A DNA stretch of 57,032 nt, filler included, from Platydemus manokwari (Eukaryota), in assembly GCA_037951405.1 (NCBI GenBank). It is 5 parts of 5 records of this genome, joined end to end, with 100 filler letters (N's around TTAATTAATTAA, not from the genome) between each part and the next. Parts side by side here need not be neighbours in the genome. Positions count along the whole stretch, not along the records: positions 23,464 to 33,279 come from JBBMOY011201433.1; positions 33,380 to 44,319 come from JBBMOY011035523.1; 3 more parts are not named here. The stretch is one strand, 5' to 3'. The position numbers and the translations under genes are program-made. Shown piece by piece: positions 25,418 to 38,329 of the stretch (the first letter of the stretch is position 1; every line of letters starts with the position of its first letter). The notes beneath the pieces are model-generated. The model was not told the DNA's origin, ran no database searches, and saw nothing but the letters and a program-made list of their open reading frames with translations.

Positions 25418-28400
25418 CCATATATATATATATAATTTGCAATTAATATGAATGGATTGCTGTCAAGTGAATAATTGTGTTCATACAAATTCAAACCATT
25501 TTATTCAAACTCGAACTGGCGGATTTATATTTTTATTAAATAATAAAATATTCCATATTTCGCCTTTTCCAACTTTTCTTTCAAGAGCCTGGGTTCCGTT
25601 GGTTTTCCTCGTTGGGTCGAATTTATTTTCCTTTGTGATCCCAGTTCAAATCACTTCAGTCATTCAAACAAAGGCTCTGATATAATATTTAATAGGATAC
25701 TAGTGAGGCAATCGTTAAACTTCAAGAAAAGCAACCACAACCATACAGCTCAAATGGACAGATGATGTACGATTTAAATGTCTACTATTTATTTACGATA
25801 GTCTCAAGGCTACTGGAGTAACCCAGAGACATTGATTACTGCTGATTCGAAGAAAGTTCATGTTTTGACACAATTCGAGTTCCAATCGTTTTATACATTC
25901 GGAGTATGCAATCAAAACAGAAAATGTAAAAATTTAGTGCTTCACATCGTTTCGTACTATAAAAATAAGCTATGTGAGTCGTAATATCCGAATTCACTTT
26001 GTGTGCAGACAAATGTGTGCTTATAATTTTTTCCACATTTCCTTTTATAATAAAATCTGATAACCCTGTGCAAACTCTTCCGATAAATCGATAAATATTA
26101 CTCTGTTCTTTTGTGAAAATGATTTGTTTCTGTTTATACTTTCGAAAGTTTTACGTAATATATTTTATTATTAAACATGAGTTAAATATTTTTAAACCAA
26201 TTAAAATATTTTCGAGAGAGCTTTAATTTTTTCCAATCTTAATGAGGAATATATATACCTATATAATGCATGGTTTAGTTATAAATGATATGGTTTTAAG
26301 AGAGAAATGGAGAAAGAATAATTTAATAAACTAGAATAAAAAGCTTTCTATTAAAATATAAACATAGATATATAAACAACACTATTCCCACTTTCATGTA
26401 ATAAATGTCTGCGAATCGTCGAATTCAACAGTTGCCCATTAGTAGGAAAATTTATCATCGCATTTCTAAAAGCTCATAATATATTCAATCTTTTGTGTTG
26501 TATTTCACGTCCGCAGGCAAATAAATTATTCATTCTTGTGGAACCATTCTAATGGACTAATCTCGCAGAACTCTCGCAATCGTAAGCCTAATTAACGTAA
26601 CTAAATGCCACTTTCAACATCTCAGAAGCATTTTCTGATACACAATCGAACAGGTCAAATATAGTTGTGGTTATTTTATTCTTATTTTTTCCTTTCTCTC
26701 ATTTCTTTTTATTTCACATTTTTCACATCATTTGGCCTAAAAAACCACAATAAATTAGCATTGGACATACCATGAAAACCGGATAACTTTTATTACACTA
26801 TTATATATTTGTAAAGATTACGGTACCTTATTGATGAAACAATTGGAAAATACAACAAATGGTCAACAGACAGATCGGCTTCGTAGTCTTTCGTACTTAA
26901 CACTATAGGGCGTGGCTTCAAATCCAAATTTTAATAATTCGATCACCAGGAATTGCAATTAATTTTTTCTTTTTCATTACAGATTACCACCTGTGTTATT
27001 GGTCACCTTTTGAACTGACATTGAATCATAACATATTTAATATTAAAATTTTTCAGAAATTTTCAGAATTAATTTGTTATTTTCTATGTTCTGGAGAATA
27101 ATTTTCTTGAACAATTCTCTTAAAAATCAATAATAGCTTTCTCTTGGATATCTAATTCTGAATTAATTAAATGACTTTCGTTCTTTTAATAATTAAAATG
27201 AACCTATAATATTCATTTCGATGATGGAATGGAGGAGAATTTTCTTATCGATAGAAAAATATTTTTGAGTTATTAATTTGTTTTTTATCCTCCTTAAATA
27301 ATTAATTGAATTAAAATTTCATTAAATTTCATTGGATATTTTATCATTGAAATAAATGAATTTTGCTTATAAAAATTTCTTAAATTTAATTACAACCAAC
27401 ACGTCATAATTTGAGATTCTTTTCTTTATTGTTAATATTTTCGAAGTCTTCAAAATCGACTCTCTCTTCTGTAATATAATTACAGACAGCAATAGACAAA
27501 TCAATCTATAACACTCCACAACACGGAGTGGAAAGTCTTGATCATGAAAATGAAATAATAAAAAAATCATTAATTAATCTGTCTTTTTAGGAGAGCAAAC
27601 ACAGTAATTGGATATCAGTATGAATTATATTTATTAATTAAAACAACTACAAAAACTATGAAAACGTTTGAAAACGGATTGACAATATTATAACCAACAA
27701 AAAACGTTTCAGAATCTTCAGTGGGATTTAAATGAATTTGAAATTGAGCAGAAAGTGATCTTAAATTCGAATATATGCCACAAAAATTCTATTAATTATA
27801 AATAATACTTTTACTTAAATAAATAATTGGATTACACAATCTAATAAAATCTGTTATTACTTGATCATCTGACAAAAAATGACTCCAGCTATCAACTTAG
27901 ATAATTTATATGACCTACATGTATCTAAGACTCTTGTTTTGTTAATAAATATTTGTGATTACTGTTAGGGATTTGAATATTTGAGTGAACCAAAAACAAT
28001 AACGACAATGTAAATGACAGTGTAACAATATGTGTACGTAAGTATTATGTTACATTTTTAATGTATCGATTTATTAAAAGGTTTTAACGTATCAATATAT
28101 TTTATCCTGACAAATATCTGGTTAATTATTTATAACAAAATAATAATAATTGAGAGAGTGATAATAAAATAATAATTAAGAAAAATATATATTTATATCT
28201 TTTAAAGAAAATTATAAACTTATTTTAATTGACAACCGACAAATTTTAACATTATTTCGAATAATATTCTTTAAAATCTTGTGAAATAATGAATTGGAGG
28301 GAGAATGTTTTACGAAAATCCAGTGGGAATTAATTTAAATGTAGCGATTAAAAGTTTTAAGCGTAACGATAAAATATGAAAGTGTAACTATAAATGACGA

Positions 28401-31400
28401 GCAATGAAAAACTATATAAGGAGGTTGAAACATCACAACCATTCCCAAAACCTTTAAGCCTGTTATTGGAAACCACTCAGTCTATAGATTGTGTAATTCG
28501 TATCAAGAAAACATAGCTCTGCAATCATATTTGCCATTGCCGTTCAAATCATTGTCAATTAATGTGGATACGATTGTTATATGAACAACAGATCATAACT
28601 ATATACGTATCGTTTATCGTAATTTTATCGAGCTTTGAATGAAAAACCTCTCTTAAAGATAACTGGTTTTGCTCCAAGAGTGTGGAGTTTATCAATCGTT
28701 TGCTTAATCTAGAATTTGTTAATATAAGCCGATTTAGTGTCACTTTTATTTGGTGTGTAATTGTATTTGTAAAATCATTTTTTATCGATATTAAACGTTT
28801 AGTGTACGAAAATTGCGTTCATTAACTAAGAAAAATAAATAGGATAGTTTGAGACTGATAATAGTAATAAAATAAATGGATCACAGTTACCGTACATATT
28901 GTCTGCATACAATACGCGAGGCGAATAAAGAAAAATATAAGGCTTAGAATTGTATCTTGGGTTTTGTTAGAGCCACAGTAGACTGATAAGACGATAAGAT
29001 GATAATAATAATAATGATAATAATAATGATAATAATAATAATTATTATTATTATCGATATATCGATATTTGAGTGTTTTATTTTGAAAGTTCTTGAGAAC
29101 TCCAGATATTTTGCTATTTACATTTCTACTTTTCATGTTTACCTTGAGAGAAATTGTCTGAAATATATATAAATTATTAATCTAAACTTTGTATAAAATA
29201 ATTTACCTGGCAAATATAATGATCGAATATTATTTTGAAAGTAGATTCAGTTTCACTCATAGAGTTCAAAATTTTATCAGATAAGATCATTGCGTTTTAT
29301 TATTCAAGTCGTGTTGATCGATGAGCTCAAATAATGAGTTTATAAATAATAAATGAAGCTACTGCTGCAATTTGCATTTACTGTAAAACTCAATAATATT
29401 CAGCACTCACTTTCAAATCAATAAAGCAAGCACAATCAATTTCTCCTTTCATTGTTTTTTATCGGTTACTCAACATAAGTAAAATAAATTCTACATTTTT
29501 TCAAAACAGACAATAAAGTCAACACTAATAAGCTTTCAACTAACTCTACTCAAATCAACTATAGGCCATTTTACAACGTCAAACGCACTAACAATTTGTA
29601 TATGTTTTGTGTGGTAAATTCTATTTTGATTTTCTAATTCTTCAATTCCAAATTGATCTATCTATTGTCAAATCCCTATGTTCATACTATAGTGTAGTCA
29701 TGTTGACACCTTCGTGTTGATAACCGAATTGGTACCTTTAATATTTGTCGTATCTGATTGGTTTGTTAACATACCTGTATGGTTATGTAGGCATGTATGT
29801 ATGCAAAGTATTAAAACAGGGGTTCAAAGATGCCAAAATTGTAATTTTGAGTGACAAGTCGGTAAGATAGAATTGTGATGAAAATTAATAATGACAACCC
29901 ACGAACTCATGATTTATAAAGTATTGGGAAAGTTCTTTCATGAAATTTAGGAGCTGCTTAAAGCTGCTTAAGCTGGATTTGGTATATCATACAAGGCTAC
30001 AATTAAGAAAAGGTTTTCTAAAATAAAAATTTTTCACTTGTTGAGTGCCTTGCAAAAAACTTAATAGTTTATTTAACTATATTCATAAAAAATATTTTAC
30101 AATTTTTGAAGTTTCTAAGAGGAATTTTTGTTGCTTGAAAATAAATATTTTATAAACAAAATACTAAAAATTTGCAAAAATCGATTATTTGAAAAACTGG
30201 CCAAATTTGCATTTAATTGAAAATTAGCGAGGATTCTCTCTTTAAACATTAGAAGTCCCTGAGGAGATATTCCAAATTTCAACAATTATTTTATAAGAAT
30301 GAATAATAATAGATTATTAAACATGTCGATGGTCAGCTAAGTCTATTTATAATAACGAAATTTTAAAAATTGATAAAATCGAAAAATGATATATATGGCA
30401 ATGCAACCTATACAAGAAGTGCTGTGATTTGAATAGGAACTCGGTTTAACTATTCTGTTTTGTCTCTACAAACAAAAAATTGTTTTATTAAACGAACTCC
30501 ATGAACAAATCAACTCAAAAAATCGAAATTTTATAAAAATAAAACGAAAATTTTTCAATTATTTATTATGATATAAAATTTGCAGATATTACTATTGATT
30601 TTTATTTTCAAAACCAAAATGTGACAACTATGTGGCCATAATTACTGCATGAAAATAAAAAAAGATCAGTTATTTATAAGTTTTATTGGATGTATTATAG
30701 CTGCTTCAAACTTTGTTTCTCAATATGATTACTATTAACCACTCGAATTGCTCCGTAAACGAGAGGTTTATCACCAATGAATGTTGAGCAATTAATTTAT
30801 ACAATTTGGATATAAAATTAAAATTTTATATAAAAATAATGGTTTGCATGAAATTAATTATAAATAAAGAAATTAGGTCAAAGGATTCTTTTCCTTAACT
30901 TGTCATGTATAGGTGCGTATATTACTGCTTATCATCATTCTTAGATTTAGAATTGAAATACGAATTCCTTTGATTTGAGATAAGCTAAGCCTTCTTCAAA
31001 AATGTTATCTAAGTTTACGTGGTTTTTAGAAATCGATATAGAAACCCTTAATGATGTATTGCAATCAATATCCTTTATTTAAACTTTAATCTTTATTAAT
31101 CAAAAATATTAATATTGATTAGAAATTAAAAGAATGATATCGATTTTATTGATTTTTTTATTGTTAAAAAGTGAATATATAGTCGATATTGACAATTTAT
31201 TACATTTTTCGTGACACAGTTGAATGCAACGTCAACATTATAAGTCGCTTAAGTTCATAATTCTCCTAGATTTCAAAGTATCGAATTAGTTCGGTCAACA
31301 CACTGAAAGAGACAAAAATCGAAATTATGGCTGTCTCGAATGAAAACTATAAAACATAGGCTTTCAACAAACACGATGGTGAACGAATTCATTTATATTT

Positions 31401-32499
31401 ACATTCAAAAAAATCGTCAAAAAATTTAGCTTTTAAACAAAAATATTGATTTAAAATGAGCTCATAAATTATCTGTTAAAATTACTTTAAGATCAAATTG
31501 ATAAAGTGGGAACCGTTATATATTCGAACATTATTTTCGAAGAATGATTTATCTCTATTTTACTCAAATCTTTATTTATATTTGAACATTTATTCATCCT
31601 CGAATCAGAACAATTGAACTCCCAAAGAATCGTTTGATTCAACAAATGATTTTATATCCATGCCCTTCCAACACTTTCTCACTCGAGTTTTTTCGGATTA
31701 TCATAAACAATTATATTGATATTGAGAGCAAATCAATGGAAAACATAATGTTTGATATGTTTTCAAATTGAATGTGCTAGTCATGTTCTTCCTATAAAGC
31801 TTAAAATCTAGTTACCTTTACAATTTTCAGTTCTGTCTTTTGGAGATTCTAAACTATTACATTTTCTTAAAAATTTCTTTTTTCTGCAATATTTTTCACT
31901 ATTTCTTCGACTTTTTTCTTTAGATGCATTGTTATTCTTTTAAAGCGTCGATATGAAATTATATCTACTCAGAATTATATGTTCTAGAAAATAAACCATA
32001 CCAATATTCTATTTGTTAATAATGTAACCATAATTGCTATGACCCAATACACAAAGTTATTATTGTAAAATAACAGTTCTTACAAATTCAATAAATTCGT
32101 CAACCTTTCAAAAGAGATTGGCAGTTTCCCTGTAGATTCAATTCTTTTAATGGACTGTCATTTATGTAGACTTGATTTTCATTGGTAAAAGCCAGCCTAT
32201 TGAAAGATTATATTCTATTTCTCAGTGGTGTTGTTGTATTTCGTTAATTATTGATTGTTGCTAGTGTGTGCCAAATATTGATTGAAGCCAGTTCGGGGAT
32301 TGAAATTATGAAGGATTGTGACTGGCTTAATGATGCCTGTGTGCAGTAAACCTATGAAGGGTTTTCCCATGGTCTTGATAAACATTTTATCGCTTTGTCA
32401 CATACTTCACAATTATAAAAATATCAGCATATTTCATTAAAGATACTTAAAATGAAACGTTGTTCTTTAGGGTACACTTTTCAAAGGGCACATTGGTTA

Positions 32500-33379
32500 T
32501 AATTATTAACATAATAATAATAATAATTATGATTATTTTTATTTTCATTATTATTATTATTATTATTATTAAATTGATTTTATATAGATTTCACTATTTA
32601 TATCGTTGTGGTGACGGAAATGTTTCATTAAATATTCTTGAACCTGTCATTATTTGCGATGTAAACGTCAGCCGAGTTACTACTTTTGCTGTATTTGAAT
32701 AACTTTCTGATAGTTTTATTAAATATCTGCTGTGAAAATTTTAAATATATAAGTTGCTTAGAAATACGAGACAATCTTATGGGGAAATCAATTCCATTCA
32801 TTAAGATGCACATACTTTCCAATTAACATTAAGAAAGGTCATAAATTGATTAATGTATTCTTCAATTTTCAAAGGTTACTGCTGTAATATAAAATGCATT
32901 TCATCGATTTCGGTACATCCACTTTAATAATAATAATAATATTACTAATAATAATATCAATAATATTATTATTATTATTATTATTATTTTTAATAATAAT
33001 AGTAATAATAATATCAATAATACTACTACTAATACTACTAATAATATTACTAATAATAATAGTAATAATAAAGTCAATAATAATAATGATAATACTAGTA
33101 ATAATAGTAATAATATTATAGTTGTTATTATTATCAAATATCAACGCTTATTATTATGATAAGCCAAACGAATTTTATTTTACTTGCTTTATAAAAAAAA
33201 ATTGTGATATAACTTTTTTTATTATTATTTATATAATTATAATAAAATTATTAATGTTCTCATTATTAGAAGCGTCATTNNNNNNNNNNNNNNNNNNNNN
33301 NNNNNNNNNNNNNNNNNNNNNNNTTAATTAATTAANNNNNNNNNNNNNNNNNNNNNNNNNNNNNNNNNNNNNNNNNNNN

Positions 33380-33450
<71 letters not shown>
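32500..33450. repeat. (AAT)n/(ATT)n microsatellite and low-complexity tract flanking a gap
   Basis: Direct inspection; it produces spurious poly-Ile/Leu/Asn ORFs. Confidence 0.9.
33280..33379. other. Assembly gap/linker
   Basis: 44N-TTAATTAATTAA-44N. Confidence 0.97.
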
Positions 33451-33823
33451 TAATTACAGGCATTTAAATAATATCCTGAGAGAATATAAATAATCTATCA
33501 ATTATATTATTAAGATATTTTCATAATATTATATTTTATAATTGATTTTACATTGTAAAATTCTCGAAATATAAAACAACAACAAACTTTCATTTTATTG
33601 AAACATTAATCTTATAATTAAATGATTAGAAGTTAATAAACACGGAAGTAATAATAATATTATAAATTGTCATTTTATATATTTCATTTACAATATCATA
33701 AGTGAACTACTCTTCCCAATATTGTTTAATATTTATCAAACACAAACACCTTGAATAAATATTGTTATCAAAGTTAAGTTAACAATAAAAAGCAGCTTTG
33801 TAGTTAATTTTATCGACAAATAA

Positions 33824-35133
33824 TTATTCTGTATATTCTGGATAGTCGTCCAAATACTCCAATGTTTTTTCGTGACGTATCGATTCATCCACAGTAATAT
33901 CATTTAAAGGACATCCATTTTTATAAAATTGTTTAAATTGGGCTTTAAATCTATCTGTTAAACATTAAACTAATAATTGATTAATAATGAAAATATAAGA
34001 ACCAGAATGCTGTTTCAAAGGACCTCCTCGTCCACCATATTCGATTGGTAAGAGATCTTTCAATCCAGGAATATTTTCGAATGCTACATTCATATCATCA
34101 TTTCGAATAATCTGAAATTAATAACTCATTTAGTAATAAAAACCAATCAGTAATTAAATCAATGATGATAGTAAACAATCGATAAAATATAATATATTTA
34201 ACTAAAATTATAATTATCTGTGTACGCACTTTGCCATCAAATTGTTTATTCAGATGAAAACAGTACATTTTGAACGCATCATCATAAATGGCAGATGCAT
34301 TGTAAAATAAATGAACTTTCATTCGCCAAGGAAAAATATCCGAAAATTGATATTATTAAATTACTTAACCAAATAATCATTGAGAAAGTTACTTGAAAGC
34401 ACCTTGCCACTTCTATCAAATATTTACTACCAGTCCATATATCCGCTATTTTGGCGAGGCATCTGTCATATCATAGAATAATCTTACTCCATGGATTTCA
34501 GTCTCTTCTTCAGAAAGTATAACGTCATATCCCATGTAATACAAAGCAGTAACTTGAATATTGGTAAACCTATCAGGATTCCAGAATTCTAAAAAAAGTG
34601 AAAAGCTTTGAACTTGTTGCAATGAACAAAATGAGAACTCTTTCACCATCATAATCTATATTATTACAATTATATATTATCATAATGAAACATTATTACT
34701 TAATGGGGAGAAAATAATTAATTCTCCATCTTTATTTCTTCCCAATAGTGTAAACAGTCTACATATTTCACGATTTTTATAAGTATTTGAATAATTATTA
34801 GTCTACTGTAAGTCTAGAAATTCATTAATCATCGCGTCATCAATTTTGGCATAATGGAAATAATGTGCAGTTCCTCTATGGGAACCTCTCACTGTACATA
34901 AAGAATCCAATTGTTTTTTAGCTGTTTTCAAATCGAATTTCGCTACTCTTAGAAATCGTAGTAAGAATTTAGAATCTATTCAAATCAATTATAATGTAAT
35001 GATGAATATTATTTTATTATCATACCTGTCGGACAATTTGCTCGTGAATTTTGTCTGGATCTCCATTCAAATTATCAATAGCAAATTGTTTCGATGATTT
35101 GCTAATTTTATCATAATCATATTTATCAGTCAT
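33824..35133 (-). pseudogene. CRAL-TRIO (alpha-TTP/clavesin/RLBP1-like) gene, disabled tandem duplicate
   Basis: Exon-by-exon paralog of 40349-41723. It has a 43-nt deletion in exon 1 (~35038), a 1-nt deletion near 34445 giving DASPK*, and an AG>CG acceptor change at ~34341. Confidence 0.8.
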
Positions 35134-35597
35134 TATCACTGTGTCGGTTTTATAAAATCAGAAACTTATTCTCAAAATAAATCAATCTAATGTTTTATAA
35201 AAATAAAATAACACACACAAGTATTGAAAGTTAAAAGCTGAAATAGATTTAGCGGTACTGTCATTGATGAGTGATTCTTCTTTACGGTGTTAAACCAATG
35301 TAATTAACAAGTGGTCAAATTTTACAATTTCATGAAAATGTGTAAATCAATATTATCGACATTTTTAAGTGAAAACATTTTTGTAAAATCCAACACTTGA
35401 TGGAAGCAGATTTTTGCAAACAACTCTTCATTTCCATTAATATTTGATAAATATATTTTAGTATTCAGAGTGAACCTATATTAATTATTGATAATAATTA
35501 GGAATATATGCCAGTACTTTAATGTTATGCTGAATAAAACACATATTTTAAAAATCTAGCAAATTAGAAAACTGATAAAACTAGAATATAACAGATC

Positions 35598-35999
35598 TTG
35601 AAAATGAATGTGCATAATTGCGAAATTTGTGATACAACGTTTAAAGCTATAAAAGCTCATGAAAAATCAAAAAAGCATATAGCAAAATATAATGCATCTA
35701 TTAATAACAGTGAAATAACTTTAACCGATAATACAGGTGATATTATTAAATTTGTTAAATTCATTAAACATTCTCCAGAAAACAAAAATATAATTTCATG
35801 TATTTCAGAATCAACTGATAATATTTCAAAATACTTTAATATAGAGAATGGTATTAACTTTCGAATGATAACTGAAATTACATTGGAGAATCTTAATGAT
35901 TGTCGAAAAGAATATATTATTACAAAAGAAATAGATTCAAATATAAGAAAATATAAGAAATTGAAGGCAACAAAATTTAGAATATTTACTAAACTTTAA
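35598..35999 (+). pseudogene. Intronless ORF with a single C2H2-type zinc finger, probably Polinton/virus-derived
   Basis: CEICDTTFKAIKAHEKSKKH (C-x2-C-x9-H-x5-H). HxxSKKH fingers are common in Polinton-associated ORFs; origin is inferred. Confidence 0.4.
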
Positions 36000-36307
36000 A
36001 GGATAAAGAATAAATATAATACTAATAATAATATACCAACAGTAATTATTATTAACGATAATATTATTTATTAATATTATTATTACGTTAATAAAAATTA
36101 TAATGGCATTGATAATTATTTTATTTTATTTATATTTATATTATATTAATGATTATATATTATATAAATAACGATAGAAATTATGATAATAACCATAATA
36201 ATAAGTAATTATAATCTTAAAAAATAATTAATCTAAATAAAAAATCAAAAAAATATTTAAAACATTAATAACCAATTACAAAATAATTAATAATAATGCG
36301 ACCAGCT

Positions 36308-38300
36308 TGTAATATAGTTACATAAAGACTAAATTTGTTTAAATATTCGAAAAGAACGCGTGTGATTTTTAAAACAATACATTTCAATGGAAACCAGTGA
36401 TATATTTTTATTGGCGACTACGACGAAATAAAAGTTCTTACGAGAGCCAAACGAGAAATGAAGCAGAATCTGTTACACAAAAACCAGGAATTTTTTATTC
36501 CAAAGCCATTGTAATTTTATGCATCAATTCAAGACGCTGAAAAGTGGTTCCAGACAACCATGGGTTTCGCCACTATCATCTGCATTTGACATGCTATTGA
36601 GAGATGTCGCCAAACAACTATGGCAAGAATTCATCAGATTCAAAGAAGCTGTTTCAAATGAAGAAATTGAGAAATGGTTTTTGAAAATTTTTTCACATAC
36701 CAAAACTGTATACTACAAGGTTCAAGATTTGGCGGCAATGCAACAAAGACCGGATGAAAAATACCGCAGTTTTGAACTTCAGCTAAAGAAGCTGGCTTCG
36801 GAGGTGTTTAACAAGAAAAAAATTCTTCCAAAAAATTTCAAGACTATTTATTCTGCACGGCCTAAATAGCAAGAAATTGAAAAAGTCTTTTACTCTCGAC
36901 TCTGCAATGACCGATGATATGAGAAAATAGTCGGCTGTCAATTTTAAGAGTTTACTCCGACGAAGCCCATAAACGTCATCAAGAAGACATATGCTCAGCC
37001 ATTATTTTAAAGTAACCAAAGGAAAACCTTTCAAAAGGAAAATTCGTTCAAAAAACCAAACCCAATTCTGCTGGGAAGAGATTGCTGTAAAGGAATATCA
37101 TCGTGCTCCAGCTAATTACATTGAATCTTTAAACAATACTAGACCAACAACATAAATGAAGGCTATTGAGCCTAGGTTTTAACACCGATTGTAGAAGAAA
37201 AACCACACCACGTGGTGATTATTTTAAGCATGGAGCTTACTTTTACTGTGATGAGCTCTGACGCCGGAAGTTTTGTACCTCGAACTAATCACAAAGCATT
37301 GACAAACATGAGAAAACTGACAAACCAATTAGCTTCAGATTTCAAAAATGGTTTTTTAAACTTATATGGATTCAATTTTGAACATCAATATCGAAAGAAA
37401 ACAGATCATGGAAATACAGATGAACTTTCAAGAATAATCGAAGCATTGTGTTCACTCAACATCAAGGTCCTAAAAAGGCAAGCCAAAAGGTTTGTTTATT
37501 AATGTTGTCAAGAATTGAATTGCAAATAATTAGTAACTAAGCATGATTCAACAAGAAGATACTTTCATTAGTTCCATTCGAAAGTGGTTACAAAAAACGA
37601 AAGCAGAAGTCAATTCCTCGATAAGAAAAATTTAATATTTTAACAGTTTAGAGAAATATGAATTGTTTGAAGATACTGTAATGTATACTGAGAATGGAAC
37701 GAAGCAAATTGCTGTACCAGAGGTTCATTCGCAGAACCTAACGAGATACCTTTATGAAGAGTTGTGTCGATTACATTAAAAAGATTTACTTCTGCCCGAA
37801 GTACGAAATTGTCATGTTTGTGATAAAATGAATGGAGGTGAAAGAATTAGAATAAAGTTTTAGAATAAAGCAAGAATTTACCTCTCCATACCAACACCGG
37901 ACAAATGGCTTAGCCGTAAGGATGATTAGGACAATCCGAGACATGAAGGGAAGAGAACTGGTACCATAAAAACAGGATTGGAATAAATACATCGGATGGA
38001 ATTTATTGTCAATGCAACACATCAAAGCTCAATTCGATATTTCTCTTGTTTGGATGACGATTTAATTTGCATGGGTTACGATTAAATGAACCAAGTCACC
38101 ACCACTAGATCATCAAAGAAACTAAAAACCTTCTAAAACCACTAGTCACAAACTTAAGAAAATTTGATGATAAAAATGTTGTTGTAGAATTATTGTTGTT
38201 GGAGAAGACGTTTTAGTGAAGAAAGAATCACACAAAATAAAAAACAACGGATATCTTTATGAAGGTTTTCACAGAATTTTGAAATTTTTAATAATAGATA
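36308..38300 (+). mobile_element. Short-LTR Ty3/Gypsy element, internally deleted: 5' LTR, PBS, gag, RNase H end, integrase
   Basis: TGT...LTR 36308-36411, PBS at 36412, gag-like LAAMQQRPDEKYRSFELQLKKLASEVF, RTNHKALT...DHGNTDELSR, integrase TSPYQHRTNGLAVRMIRTIRDM, and GEDVLVKKE...YEGFHRILKF. Confidence 0.85.
36412..36425 (+). promoter_or_regulatory. Retroelement primer-binding site (TGGCGACTACGACG), possibly tRNA-Ser-type
   Basis: TGG (complement of tRNA CCA) immediately after the inferred LTR and just before gag; resembles the TGGCGACGAG tRNA-Ser(GCU) PBS. Confidence 0.6.
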
Positions 38301-38329
38301 ATAAATAAAATAAAGAATCTTTATGAAAG

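Noticed and set aside
28555-29136. Minus-strand ORFs considered as missing 5' exons of the K2P channel
   Set aside because: No M1 or pore-helix (TTIG) motif, and partly microsatellite-derived.
32460-33331. Hydrophobic poly-Ile/Leu ORFs resembling membrane proteins
   Set aside because: They are translations of AAT/ATT microsatellite on both strands.
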